Origin: Candidatus Bathyarchaeota archaeon
Lineage (GTDB): Archaea > Thermoproteota > Bathyarchaeia > 40CM-2-53-6
NCBI GenBank assembly: GCA_963733055.1
Contig: CAVTBR010000001.1
Location: forward strand, 1,024,001-1,088,000
DNA length: 64,000 nt
Reading direction: 5' to 3'
Shown: positions 48,416-58,058 of the stretch, piece by piece
Numbering within the stretch: position 1 is the stretch's first letter
How the letters are laid out: every line of letters starts with the position of its first letter
Translations under genes and position numbers: made by a program
The notes under the pieces: model-generated
Seen by the model: the letters and a program-made list of their open reading frames with translations, nothing else
What the model was told of the DNA's origin: nothing
Database searches by the model: none

Positions 48416-49171
48416 TTATGGCGAGATCGAGCTTACCGTCATGTAGTTGCCTGGGCACGCCGCTCCGTTCGGGGCTGAGTTGTAGCCTAGGTGCATCTGT
48501 CCAGTAGCGATCGCCCATGACCCGACTGGGGGAATGGAGGCTGGCAGGTTATGTAGAGTGTAGTATTGGTAGGACAAGAACCCGTATGGGCTGTATATTG
48601 GAATTGCAAGTTCTGTGCATCCGTTCGGGTTCTGATATATGTATCCGACGCATTGCATCGTGCTATTGCCGTTCGGCGATTGGCAGTAATCGTAAATGCC
48701 GTCGCATGCGGTGCCAGTGTAACAACTGGCGTAATTGACGTACTTTGTGTTCGGATCTACTGCCGCGGTTTCAGAAGTATGTAGGATCGGTGACTGTCCG
48801 TTATAGACCGATATTGCGACCCGAACGCTATGCCATTCTTCACTAGAAGACAGCGTAAAGACAAGTTGCCCTTTGTACGTGTTGCTACCGGTCGCTGAGA
48901 GGAGGGTTGTATTAGATGAAGCTAGATTTGCATTTGTAGTGGCTTCATAGGCGTTTCCGGCCGCAGACAATTGGCCACCGGTGAACGAGCATTGTGCTGA
49001 TATCGGCACTATCACGGCGATATTCGGGTTGCTATAGTACGATCCAGTGATGAATGAACCGGTTTGAACAGTGCACGCACTGGCTGAAACTGGGATGCTG
49101 CTTGCGATAGCTCCAACGGCTATTCCCAAAAGCAAGGTTACCAACACTATGCCAAAGCTGCGTGCTGTCAA
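48416..49171 (-). CDS. Secreted Cys-rich hypothetical protein
   Basis: Signal peptide; multiple Cys; S/T/N-rich. Confidence 0.7.
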   Translation of the reverse strand: MTARSFGIVLVTLLLGIAVGAIASSIPVSASACTVQTGSFITGSYYSNPNIAVIVPISAQCSFTGGQLSAAGNAYEATTNANLASSNTTLLSATGSNTYKGQLVFTLSSSEEWHSVRVAISVYNGQSPILHTSETAAVDPNTKYVNYASCYTGTACDGIYDYCQSPNGNSTMQCVGYIYQNPNGCTELAIPIYSPYGFLSYQYYTLHNLPASIPPVGSWAIATGQMHLGYNSAPNGAACPGNYMTVSSISP

Positions 49172-49552
49172 GAGATCTCAATCAGCGAAGAGACCGGCGC
49201 TGGTCTTAATTCTAAGTAGCAAAAATCCACTAACCGAAGCCACATTCCACCAGGTAGACATTGAGATTCGAAGACTGCAGAAAGTAAGAGAAAGATCAAC
49301 AATGAAGTCAGGAAAGTCGCAGATCATGACCTATGCGTACAGTCGCAATCGATCTCCTTGAATGTCTAACGTGCTTTAGGCAGCATCACAAACGGCAAGT
49401 GCTCAATGAAATTCACGAAACAATGGCGTGCCACACGAGGCACGTCCAAGAAATTGATCTGAGAGGTCCGAGGTCCCGGGGGGGCGTGGAGCAAAGAGCT
49501 TTAAAGACCTAAAGCTTGACTTGGCTATGTAAGATAGCAGTTACTAAACTAG

Positions 49553-49566
49553 TTAGGTTCATCTAA
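49553..49566. promoter_or_regulatory. DtxR/MntR-type operator TTAGGTTCATCTAA
   Basis: TTAG-N6-CTAA palindrome ending 2 nt before the mntH start. Confidence 0.6.
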
Positions 49567-49567
49567 G

Positions 49568-50890
49568 TTGGAGCTCAGGCGATTCGTTAGCAAGCATCGT
49601 GCGCTTTTCATGTTTGCGGGTCCGGCACTGATCACTAGTATGGCGTACATGGACCCGGGGAACTATGGGACGGACATTCAGGCTGGGGCGGCTTTCAACT
49701 ATGGTTTGCTTTGGGTTGTCTGGATGGCGAATTTCATGGCTATGCTGCTCCAATATCTGTCCGGAAAATTGGGAATAGCAACAGGTAGTGATTTGGCGGG
49801 TCTCGTCAGAGAATCTCTCAAAAAATCCAGGTTTGACATTCTCTTGAACTGGGTCGGGGCCGAAGCTGCAATCGCAGCTACCGATCTTGCCGAATACTTG
49901 GGGACTGTTATTGCGCTGAACATACTCTTCAACATCCCCCTCCTGTATGCGTCGATCTTCGGAGCAGCTGACATCCTAATTTTGCTAGCTCTGACAAGGC
50001 GGCGTTTCAGGTCGCTTGAATACTTCTTCATGGTATTCATTTCTATCATCGGTTTCGGTTTCCTATACGAAGTCTTCGTGACCGGCCTAAGTCTGACCCA
50101 GCTTGCCCAGTCCTTTGTTTCACCCGCGTTCAGCCCCGACAACATCGTTTTGATCGTTGGCATCATCGGCGCGACCGTCATGCCCCATGCCCTGTACGTC
50201 CATTCCACGCTGACGAGAGACAAGGTGGTGGATCACACCGCTGATGGAAGGAAACACTTGCTGAAGCTCCATACCACCGAAAGTATAATCGCCTTCACGA
50301 TAGCCGGACTGGTTAATGCGGCAATACTGATCGTGAGCGCTCAAGTCTTCTACCCGAAGTTCAGCAACATATCAGAAGTATCTCAAGCATATCGCATAAT
50401 GATACCGATCTACGGCCCGCTTGCAGCTATCGTGTTCGCGGTGACACTGCTTTGCTCCGGCCTTGCCTCCTCGACAACCGGAACATTAGCCGGACAAGCA
50501 GTCATGGACGGATTACTGGGGACAAAAGTAAACAAAACGATCAGGAGGGTTATTACTAGAGGTTTCAACGTCTTCCCCACGACGATAGCAGTGCTTCTAG
50601 GTTTCGATCCGCTGCAGCTGTTGGTCTACAGTCAAGTACTGCTAAGCCTGATGATCGCGTTACCGATGATTCCTTTGTTGCATTTTACCGCTAAGAAGGA
50701 CCTCATGGGCCAGCTTGTTAACAAACGCATAACCACACTCTTCGCCGTGTTAACCGGGGCAGTGATTGTGGCGCTGAACACTTACCTGATATACTATCTT
50801 ATGGCTTCGTTCAGCGTCTACTTGCAGGCTTTGGTTCTAGCTGCTTATGGTGCCTATCACGTGTACCTTGTCTACGCTACGATGCGATAA
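49568..50890 (+). CDS. mntH: Nramp-family Mn2+/Fe2+ transporter
   Basis: YMDPGN, GATVMPHALYVHS, TGTLAGQ. Confidence 0.92.
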   Translation: MELRRFVSKHRALFMFAGPALITSMAYMDPGNYGTDIQAGAAFNYGLLWVVWMANFMAMLLQYLSGKLGIATGSDLAGLVRESLKKSRFDILLNWVGAEAAIAATDLAEYLGTVIALNILFNIPLLYASIFGAADILILLALTRRRFRSLEYFFMVFISIIGFGFLYEVFVTGLSLTQLAQSFVSPAFSPDNIVLIVGIIGATVMPHALYVHSTLTRDKVVDHTADGRKHLLKLHTTESIIAFTIAGLVNAAILIVSAQVFYPKFSNISEVSQAYRIMIPIYGPLAAIVFAVTLLCSGLASSTTGTLAGQAVMDGLLGTKVNKTIRRVITRGFNVFPTTIAVLLGFDPLQLLVYSQVLLSLMIALPMIPLLHFTAKKDLMGQLVNKRITTLFAVLTGAVIVALNTYLIYYLMASFSVYLQALVLAAYGAYHVYLVYATMR

Positions 50891-50919
50891 TGATGGTGAA
50901 AGGAGAAGGCTGCTGAGTT

Positions 50920-51417
50920 ATGGGAAGTGCGAGTGCGATGACACAAAGCTCGGCTCTGAACCCCGTGTTCGACCTCACTAGAGTAGAGGATTACCTTGAG
51001 GTCGTATACGACCTCGTACAGACGAAAGGCTACGCAGGGTCAACGGATATTGCGGAACGTTTGGGTGTCAAATCGCCCAGTGTCACAAACATGCTTCAAA
51101 GATTAGATGGAATGGGACTCATTGTCTATGAACGCTACCGCGGCCTAAGACTCACCCCCAAAGGAGAGGATATGGCGCGATTCATAAAACAGAAACATCT
51201 GACAATAATCAGATTCCTTCAGATTCTAGGCGTCGAGGAGAAGACAACGAAATTGGACGCGGAAGGCATCGAGCACCACGTCCACAAAGAGACGGTAAAT
51301 CGTATGGAACGCTTTGTAGACTTTGTGAACAAACATCCTTCGTGGTTCAAGGTATTCGAGAATGCGGAAGACCGACGACTGAACAAGGGGCGTCAGACTC
51401 GGCATAGACTTCGATGA
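50920..51417 (+). CDS. mntR: DtxR/MntR-family metal-dependent repressor
   Basis: EDYLE, DIAERLGVKSPSV, DAEGIEHH. Confidence 0.88.
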   Translation: MGSASAMTQSSALNPVFDLTRVEDYLEVVYDLVQTKGYAGSTDIAERLGVKSPSVTNMLQRLDGMGLIVYERYRGLRLTPKGEDMARFIKQKHLTIIRFLQILGVEEKTTKLDAEGIEHHVHKETVNRMERFVDFVNKHPSWFKVFENAEDRRLNKGRQTRHRLR

Positions 51418-51784
51418 CAATTAGGGCATACAGGGCGTCCTTGGCCAATACTTTTCCCAACTTGTGTCAAATTCTACCGCGTTCTGCCGCCTGCTTGTCC
51501 CGCTCTACTGGCCATTTTCTTTCGTTTCTTTTGCCATTCAGGTCTCGTCAAATCAAGACCCATCCGTCACATTCAGCTGCATGCTGCGAATTGAAGAACC
51601 TTTCCTGTCTACGCTCGTCTGAATTGCAAAGCACACCGGTTGTCCCCCATCGTGTCATCGGGAGCAATTCTGGTCAGTCGACCGCTAATCCAAAACGTTT
51701 GTAGAAGACGCCTGACATAGGGTAATCGGCAAGAAATCGTAAACGGAGCGGAGAGAGTTGGCTGCAGGAACAAAGGAAGCTCAC

Positions 51785-51907
51785 ATGAAGTATTGCTCGA
51801 ATTGCGGTAAGAAAATCGAAAAACCTGTTCTTCATGAGGGGTATGCATTCTGCTCAGAACAATGCCGAGAATCATTCACACAGTCGCGACCTGCCCTGAA
51901 GCCGTGA
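51785..51907 (+). CDS. 40-aa TRASH/YHS-like metal-binding microprotein (not in ORF track)
   Basis: MKYCSNCGKKIEKPVLHEGYAFCSEQCRESF; paralog of 56653..56853. Confidence 0.7.
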   Translation: MKYCSNCGKKIEKPVLHEGYAFCSEQCRESFTQSRPALKP

Positions 51908-52393
51908 CTGCTTCGGGTTCGAGTACTGAACAGGAGAGGGCGTATTCGCGCACTGACTCCAGTTTCATGAAACCTCGATATGACGAAAGGCGTACTCAGC
52001 AGTAGTTAGTGTGGGTTCGGCTGTGAAAGGAAAGGAGAGACGTAGAGTCAGAAGAATGAAAGAGACCAGCCGCAGAAAGGGAGAGAGAAGAAAGGAACGA
52101 AAACAGGAAAAGAACAGAACGAGGGCTAGCAAGTCTTATGACAAAAAGGAATTACGAAAGAGGGTCGCAAATTCCTAGCTGCGTGATCTGATTGCCTCAA
52201 ACTCAAGAGAAAAAGGCGCGAAGAAGAAAGAGAAGGAAGACCACGAGAGCTCACAACTAACCCAAGGGTTACTTCGAGCGACGTGAGTGCGTCGAGGATC
52301 GACTTTGATTTCACACGGAATCGCATGTGGGTTTTCGGATAGAAATCGTGCAGTTATCGGATTGAGGTTCGGAAGAGAGAGCTTAGTGTGTTG

Positions 52394-52434
52394 TTAATAT
52401 AGCGCGGACGACATATGTGTTACTAGAGGTAACA
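52394..52434 (+). promoter_or_regulatory. Thermosome promoter: TATA box plus TGTTAC-N5-GTAACA palindrome
   Basis: TTAATATA at 52394-52401; palindrome at 52418-52434 near the expected start site. Confidence 0.55.
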
Positions 52435-52515
52435 GCCAGAAACCGTGTGGCGCAGGCCACAATCTTGAGGCTCTCTAAGAACAGGCCTCTGAGTCTAGGT
52501 CAAGGCCGTTACCTC
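52426..52515 (+). ncRNA. Candidate structured 5' leader of the thermosome mRNA
   Basis: GAGGTAACAGCC / GGCCGTTACCTC closing stem enclosing two hairpins. Confidence 0.4.
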
Positions 52516-52545
52516 ATTCATAGAAATTACATTTGATGATCGGAT

Positions 52546-54192
52546 ATGTCTACACAAGGAATGCAAGTAATGATCCTGAGAGAAGGATCTCAACGTACTA
52601 CGGGAAAGGAAGCGCAGCGGAACAATATTCTCGCCGCGAAAGTAATCACTGAAACCATCAAGACCACACTCGGGCCGGAAGGGATGGACAAGATGTTGGT
52701 AACTGGGATGGGTGATGTGGTGATAACAAACGACGGAGCTACCATAATGAAAGAGATGGATGTTCAACATCCCGCTGCAAAGATGCTTGTTGAGGTAGCG
52801 AAAAGCCAAGACAGTGAAGTGGGCGATGGCACGACCACCGTCGTCGTTCTCGCCGGCGAACTCCTAGCGAGGGCGGAAAAACTTCTTGACCAAGAAGTCC
52901 ACGCGACCGTCATCGTTGAAGGTTACAAGAAGGCATCTCAGAAAGCTCTGGAGATCCTCCAAAACTTATCAATTGACATACAGCCTGACGACGATAAGAC
53001 GCTTAAGCTCATCGCAATGACCTCGATGGGAACCAAGGCAACTGTAGGAACAAGTGAACACCTCGCAACACTTGCCACGAAAGCCATCCGTCAGGTTATG
53101 GAAGAGAGAAACGGCAAGACCACTGCCGACATAGACCGAATCAAAGTCTTGAAGAAAAAGGGCGAAAGCATGGAGGAAAGCGAACTCGTCAGAGGCATTG
53201 TAGTCGACAAAGAGGTCGCGCACCCTCAAATGCCGAAACAAGTGAAGAACGCGAAGATCGCCCTACTCAATGCGAAACTTGAGATTGAGAAAACCGAGTT
53301 CGACGCTAAGATTAACATCAACTCACCAGACCAAATGAAAGGCTTCCTAGACGAAGAAGAATCGATGATTCGCGAAATGACGGACAAGGTAGCAAAGAGC
53401 GGGGCCAACGTCCTCTTCTGCGAGAAAGGCATTGACGACATGGCATTACACTTCCTCGCCAAGAAGAACATAATGGCTGTGAAGAACGTCAGCAGCGGCG
53501 ACATGGAGAAGCTCTCCAAAGCCACAGGCGGAACCATACAAGCCAGCACAAAAGACATACCCACAGAAGGACTCGGTGAAGCAAAACTCGTCGAAGAAGT
53601 CAAAATAGGGGACGACAAACTCATCTACGTTCGCGACTGCAAAGACCCTCACTCGGTCACCGTGATGATCAGGGGCGGCTCCGACCATGTGGTCGACGAA
53701 GCCGAACGATCATTCCACGACGCGCTTTGCGTAGTCAGAAACGCCGTCGAGGATCGCAAGATTGTAGCCGGCGGAGGGGCACCAGAAGCTGAAACCGCCA
53801 AGCAACTTCGCGACTACGCTCTAAAGGTGGGAGGCCGCGAACAACTCGCGATCGAAGCCTACGCCGAAGCAATGGAAGCCATCCCACTCACAATAGCTGA
53901 AAACAGTGGACTCGACCCAATTGACATAATGGTCGAACTTAGATCAAAACACGCAAACCCAGAAAACAAATGGTTTGGCGTCCAAGTCAAGACCGGCAAG
54001 ATCGCTGACATGCTCGCAGACAACATAGTCGAACCACTCAGGGTGAAACAGCAAGCGGTCAAATCCGCCACAGAAGCCGCCTGCATGCTCCTGCGGATAG
54101 ATGACGTCCTCTCCTCAAAAGGCATGAAGGAAGGCGGACCTCCAGGAGGCCTCGGCGGGATGCCGGGAGGAATGCCCCCGGGCATGATGTAA
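52546..54192 (+). CDS. ths: Thermosome (group II chaperonin) subunit
   Basis: TNDGATI, GDGTTT, GGGAPE, GM-rich tail. Confidence 0.97.
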   Translation: MSTQGMQVMILREGSQRTTGKEAQRNNILAAKVITETIKTTLGPEGMDKMLVTGMGDVVITNDGATIMKEMDVQHPAAKMLVEVAKSQDSEVGDGTTTVVVLAGELLARAEKLLDQEVHATVIVEGYKKASQKALEILQNLSIDIQPDDDKTLKLIAMTSMGTKATVGTSEHLATLATKAIRQVMEERNGKTTADIDRIKVLKKKGESMEESELVRGIVVDKEVAHPQMPKQVKNAKIALLNAKLEIEKTEFDAKININSPDQMKGFLDEEESMIREMTDKVAKSGANVLFCEKGIDDMALHFLAKKNIMAVKNVSSGDMEKLSKATGGTIQASTKDIPTEGLGEAKLVEEVKIGDDKLIYVRDCKDPHSVTVMIRGGSDHVVDEAERSFHDALCVVRNAVEDRKIVAGGGAPEAETAKQLRDYALKVGGREQLAIEAYAEAMEAIPLTIAENSGLDPIDIMVELRSKHANPENKWFGVQVKTGKIADMLADNIVEPLRVKQQAVKSATEAACMLLRIDDVLSSKGMKEGGPPGGLGGMPGGMPPGMM

Positions 54193-54241
54193 CCGCCCCT
54201 AAGTTCTCATAATATTTCGTCCCGCCCGACGTTTTCCTAAA

Positions 54242-54427
54242 TATCAGCTAAGAAATAGCGAGGATGAGTTGCCCTGGTAGTCCGGTGAGTCTGGAATAGA
54301 GGATTCAAACTCGCTTGGAAGGCGTAAGAAAGTACGCTCTAATGAGCCGTCGCTAGGCTCTGAAGGCTTTATTGTGATAACAGGTACTTCCGAGTAACAG
54401 GCTGATAGTGGGTTCATCCTCTTCTAT
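54242..54427 (+). ncRNA. Candidate multi-stem structured RNA between convergent genes
   Basis: GAGGATGAGTT / GGTTCATCCTC closing stem with four internal hairpins. Confidence 0.35.
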
Positions 54428-54470
54428 CCTGAGCGTTCGCTTTGTAGGTGCTTAATTTAGAGGGCATTTA

Positions 54471-54623
54471 CTACAATATACGACGTCCTTGAAGTAGTCT
54501 AACTATTATCACTATGACCGCGATTACGAGCAGTATGTTGATCAGAAATCCGCCGATACCGGCAACGAGTCCAATTAACCAGAGAATCACAATGGCTACG
54601 ATTATGGCCACTAATAGGTCCAT
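54471..54623 (-). CDS. lmo0937-family small membrane protein (not in ORF track)
   Basis: MDLLVAIIVAIVILWLIGLVAGIGGFLINILLVIAVIVIIVRLLQGRRIL. Confidence 0.75.
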   Translation of the reverse strand: MDLLVAIIVAIVILWLIGLVAGIGGFLINILLVIAVIVIIVRLLQGRRIL

Positions 54624-54895
54624 CAACGATTCGCCTCAGGACGCAACATAGTTGAATTGCGCTACATATCTATATCGATAAAATTGCCACACGCAAGAAC
54701 CTATGTAGGTTGCGGAACGGGAAAATAATGTAAGAAGAATTACAATTGTTCGAAGGAATGTCTCGCCGACGTTGGGGTACGTGCTGGGTATCATACTTAC
54801 GATAAATGGGTGTCTCCTCGTGAAGTGAATCATAAGCTACGTGGTGGCGCGGAGACAGCATCTGCCGAATCGGTCGTTGAATTGAATTATTATGC

Positions 54896-55222
54896 TCATG
54901 GAGACTTTTCCTTAGGTTTCTTGGGCTTCAGCCCTGTCCCTTTCCGCTCTCGCTCTTCCTCATCCTGCTCCATTCTATCCTCGTCCTTTTCCTCTTCAGC
55001 ACTCTCATCAGCGCCTTCCCGTCCACGATCCTCCTCCTCTTCTTCATCGCGCTGATCCTCTTCATGCGCTTCTTCACTCTGCGTTTCGTCCCCCTCGTCG
55101 GACTCTTCTTCACTCAATAGCATCGCCTCCGCCGCATTCCCTACCTTATTCACGCTTGCTCTATCATTAATGGCCTTTTCTTGGAGTCTATTCACCGCTT
55201 GGCATGTCGGTAACGCGCTCAT
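54896..55222 (-). CDS. Low-complexity acidic (Glu/Asp-rich) protein
   Basis: Long E/D tracts with basic tail; start uncertain. Confidence 0.4.
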   Translation of the reverse strand: MSALPTCQAVNRLQEKAINDRASVNKVGNAAEAMLLSEEESDEGDETQSEEAHEEDQRDEEEEEDRGREGADESAEEEKDEDRMEQDEEERERKGTGLKPKKPKEKSP

Positions 55223-55630
55223 TCTGAAAAGCGGAGTACCAGAACCCGCCGGTTCCTTCCTAGTTCACACAACGCAACGAACTTCTTCCTGGACCGCCGG
55301 CATCTAAATGTAGTCTGGTCGCTTACTGGCCATTGAACCATCTTGGGTTGGAAGGAAAGTAAAGTTAGCAGAAAGAGGAGGAAGAAGATTGACTTTGACC
55401 TCACCTTGCTTGAAGACAGATCGAGACGCGGGGGCGTTGGACTAACCCAGGTTAGGAGCAAGCGCAAGAAGAATCGGGCACACACATCCAGTGCGACATC
55501 CAATAGGTAGCCGAACGCTCTTCAGAAAGGTTGCTTCCACTGGCAATCCGAAAGAACGCCAAGGCAGCGTTCATTTTTGGGCCACCTCTCGCGGTGATTC
55601 TTGTCCACGCCTGAGGTTTCGCCTTCGAAC

Positions 55631-55867
55631 TCATGCTGTTGAGCCCTCGCGGTGTGAGACCTGTACCTGAACCCGAGAGTGGAGTTTGGACGCCATGTCC
55701 AGGGCTAGGTCCACGTATTTCTTCACCTGCCGGCTCGGGTCAACTGGGACACAGTTGAACTGAACCGTGTCCCGGTTCGTTCCAGAGTCTTTGTCATGGT
55801 GGCTGAACCGTAATACGGTGGTTCCGGACTGTATTACAGTGCGTTCCCTGGCTGAACCTGTCCACAT
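55631..55867 (-). CDS. Hypothetical protein
   Basis: ATG start, protein-like composition. Confidence 0.4.
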   Translation of the reverse strand: MWTGSARERTVIQSGTTVLRFSHHDKDSGTNRDTVQFNCVPVDPSRQVKKYVDLALDMASKLHSRVQVQVSHREGSTA

Positions 55868-55969
55868 CTACTATCAAAAGTCACGGATTTGCCACCCGCG
55901 CTTTCTCTTCAAACCAAGCTCTACTCCGACATGGCTCTCTTTGTTAGGAATGTTCGCTAGCGATTGGGG

Positions 55970-56251
55970 TTAGGAGATAGCACGGGGATCTTTCTCCTTC
56001 TGTCCGGATGCCCTTTTCTTCCTTCTCTCGTTAAACCGCTGATGGGTCTCCGACTGACGTCGTCCGCCTGACGGAAGGCCTTTGATTATGCGTCGCGCTT
56101 CCTCCAAGCCCGCAAGGAAGCCCTGTATGTATTGCGCGTTCAAATTGTATTGCTCTAGTGGAAGGTTATCTTTTTCCGCTTCCTTCTTGACAATTAGGTT
56201 TTCAATCTTCGTCAGCAAGTTTTTCTTGCGAAAACTGTCTTTCTCGCGCAT
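55970..56251 (-). CDS. Hypothetical protein
   Basis: Helical, YIQGFLAGLEEARRII. Confidence 0.5.
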   Translation of the reverse strand: MREKDSFRKKNLLTKIENLIVKKEAEKDNLPLEQYNLNAQYIQGFLAGLEEARRIIKGLPSGGRRQSETHQRFNERRKKRASGQKEKDPRAIS

Positions 56252-56652
56252 AAGTCACACAAAGGAGAGAACTCTGTGCGATATGAAAACGCTTGCTCAA
56301 AATCGCACTCACCTTCCGTTTCGGAACCAGTTCGGCTGCCTCTTTCAACGAATGGTCAGTTTACTGGAGACAAACGCGAACGCAAAAACATCTTGTGTTG
56401 AAACGGTATAATGTTGGCCGGAGGCGAATGCACTCTTTGCACAAGGTACTCCCGAGTGCAACAACTTGGTTCGACCCGTCTTTCAGAGCCGACCATGTTT
56501 GCGCACGGCCAGCAGATACTATATAAGCCTTATGATATTAATTAATGTTGTGATTGGCCAGGTTAACGATAATGTAACCGGGTCTGAGTGGAGTGGGATT
56601 TGAACTGTGAATCGTATGGCTTGATGAGAATCATCAAGGGGCGTGGAGAAGT

Positions 56653-56853
56653 TTGACTAAGATCTTGAACGCCAGTCACGCTAGGTACTGTTCGAACTGC
56701 GGCAAGAAAGTCGAGAAACACATCCGATTCAAAGGCTATGTATTCTGTTCGCAACAATGCCGGGAATCCTTCACGACTCCACGTGGGCGAGCGAGTGGCG
56801 GAAGGAAGAGAAGAAACTGGCGAGGCGGAAAAGCAAGACGAGCGGCAGGGTAA
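56653..56853 (+). CDS. TRASH/YHS-like microprotein with Arg/Gly-rich tail
   Basis: YCSNCGKKVEK...GYVFCSQQCRESF. Confidence 0.7.
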   Translation: MTKILNASHARYCSNCGKKVEKHIRFKGYVFCSQQCRESFTTPRGRASGGRKRRNWRGGKARRAAG

Positions 56854-57220
56854 ACCAAATTCGTGGACACTCTCTGAATTGGAGCCCTTACAATTCCTCG
56901 GTCAAATGTTGAGTATGCAAAGAGCATTTGATCCGCACACGCAAGACCTGCAGCCGATCCTAATCCTGGAACATAAGCTCGAAATACCTACTCCGCGCAA
57001 GCATAATGACCAAACATTGGAAGTCCATGATGGCATTGTGAGCAGGCTAATTGAGCAAAGGGAAAGACTGAAGGGCGAAGAAAACTGCCCGAAATGCGGC
57101 CATTACAACCAAGAACTCAAGATTCTGCTTGACGAAATTGACAAATTATCCAAACTGCAAAACGCGGTATCGAAAAAGGGTATACAGCGCATGAGAGAGA
57201 CCGACGAAGCGCGCACTTAG
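56738..57220 (+). CDS. Hypothetical protein with CPKCG motif; true start probably near 56906
   Basis: Helical C-terminal part; N-terminal part overlaps the previous gene. Confidence 0.4.
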   Translation: MYSVRNNAGNPSRLHVGERVAEGREETGEAEKQDERQGKPNSWTLSELEPLQFLGQMLSMQRAFDPHTQDLQPILILEHKLEIPTPRKHNDQTLEVHDGIVSRLIEQRERLKGEENCPKCGHYNQELKILLDEIDKLSKLQNAVSKKGIQRMRETDEART

Positions 57221-57465
57221 AATTTCGTTGTGATGATGACAGGCGAGCCGTTAGTTATTTACGGAAGGGAGGTATGGAAAAATCATTTCGGGCGCTTTGA
57301 TTCCGTACTTTGCAAGGCGCGGCTGTGTCCCCATGAGTAGGCAATCAATTGGGCCTTGTCACTATGCCGCGAACATGGAGACAATTGGATCTAGCGAGTG
57401 CTGGAAGATGAAAGAAGGACGCAGGACGGAATTCTGCCTGTAGGTGCTAATGCATTGAGGGTTTT

Positions 57466-57792
57466 CTAGATGAAGTGAAGTATCAGACCCAGCAAGCCGC
57501 CTAACAACACTAAGATACCTCCAATGCCTGCGCCGAGAAAACCAACGACGATCAGAACAATGGCCCACAGTGGTTCAAGGACACGTTTAGCTAGGATAAT
57601 TGCCACTATCCCCAGAATCAAGGGGACGAAAGCGAAGCCAAAAGTCATTCCTACCAGCGGGACGCTGAAGGGGAGTGAAATAGCATGTCCGATAAGTGCC
57701 AGTAGGGTCAAGACTACCAGTAGAATGCCGCCAATGAGGACGAGGTAATAAGCAGCCTTAGACAACCCGTGTTGTTTAACCAAGGATCTCAA
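57466..57792 (-). CDS. Small membrane protein
   Basis: Gly-rich TM helices. Confidence 0.7.
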   Translation of the reverse strand: MRSLVKQHGLSKAAYYLVLIGGILLVVLTLLALIGHAISLPFSVPLVGMTFGFAFVPLILGIVAIILAKRVLEPLWAIVLIVVGFLGAGIGGILVLLGGLLGLILHFI

Positions 57793-58009
57793 TCGAGCTT
57801 GTTGTAGGAGCTACTAGATAGCATTATCTATGCTTCCTCTACGCGGCGATTTTGATCTACCCCCAGTGTTTCAGATTTCGTGCATGTCGAACGTCATGAA
57901 AGTTTTTGTATGCACCGTAGGATTGACGTGTCGGTTCTTTCGAGAGTACGCATAACTTTCTCTCTCCGACGTAGTTCGTCGCTCATGCGCTAAGAGTATT
58001 CTGAACTGG

Positions 58010-58051
58010 AAAAAATCAGGGGTAACTGGGAGCGTATGTCTCCCAAGTTAC
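58010..58051 (-). terminator. Hairpin plus T-tract downstream of the Lrp-domain gene
   Basis: GTAACTGGGAG...CTCCCAAGTTAC stem followed on the minus strand by T6. Confidence 0.5.
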
Positions 58052-58058
58052 TTTCGGT

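Noticed and set aside
49420-49515. yybP-ykoY manganese riboswitch upstream of mntH
   Set aside because: Only AAGACCT and small hairpins present; conserved GGGGAGUAG core is missing
52436-52540. Hammerhead ribozyme (GAAAC...GUC and UUGAUGA)
   Set aside because: Stems I and II cannot be formed in the required topology
52672-52692. Thermosome GPEGMDK instead of GP(K/R)GMDK
   Set aside because: Single substitution in an error-prone assembly; other ATP-binding motifs are intact
57233-57394. Amber read-through ORF (C...CPHE*AIN...LCREH)
   Set aside because: Very short, with no supporting homology or pyrrolysine evidence; chance or decayed gene more likely
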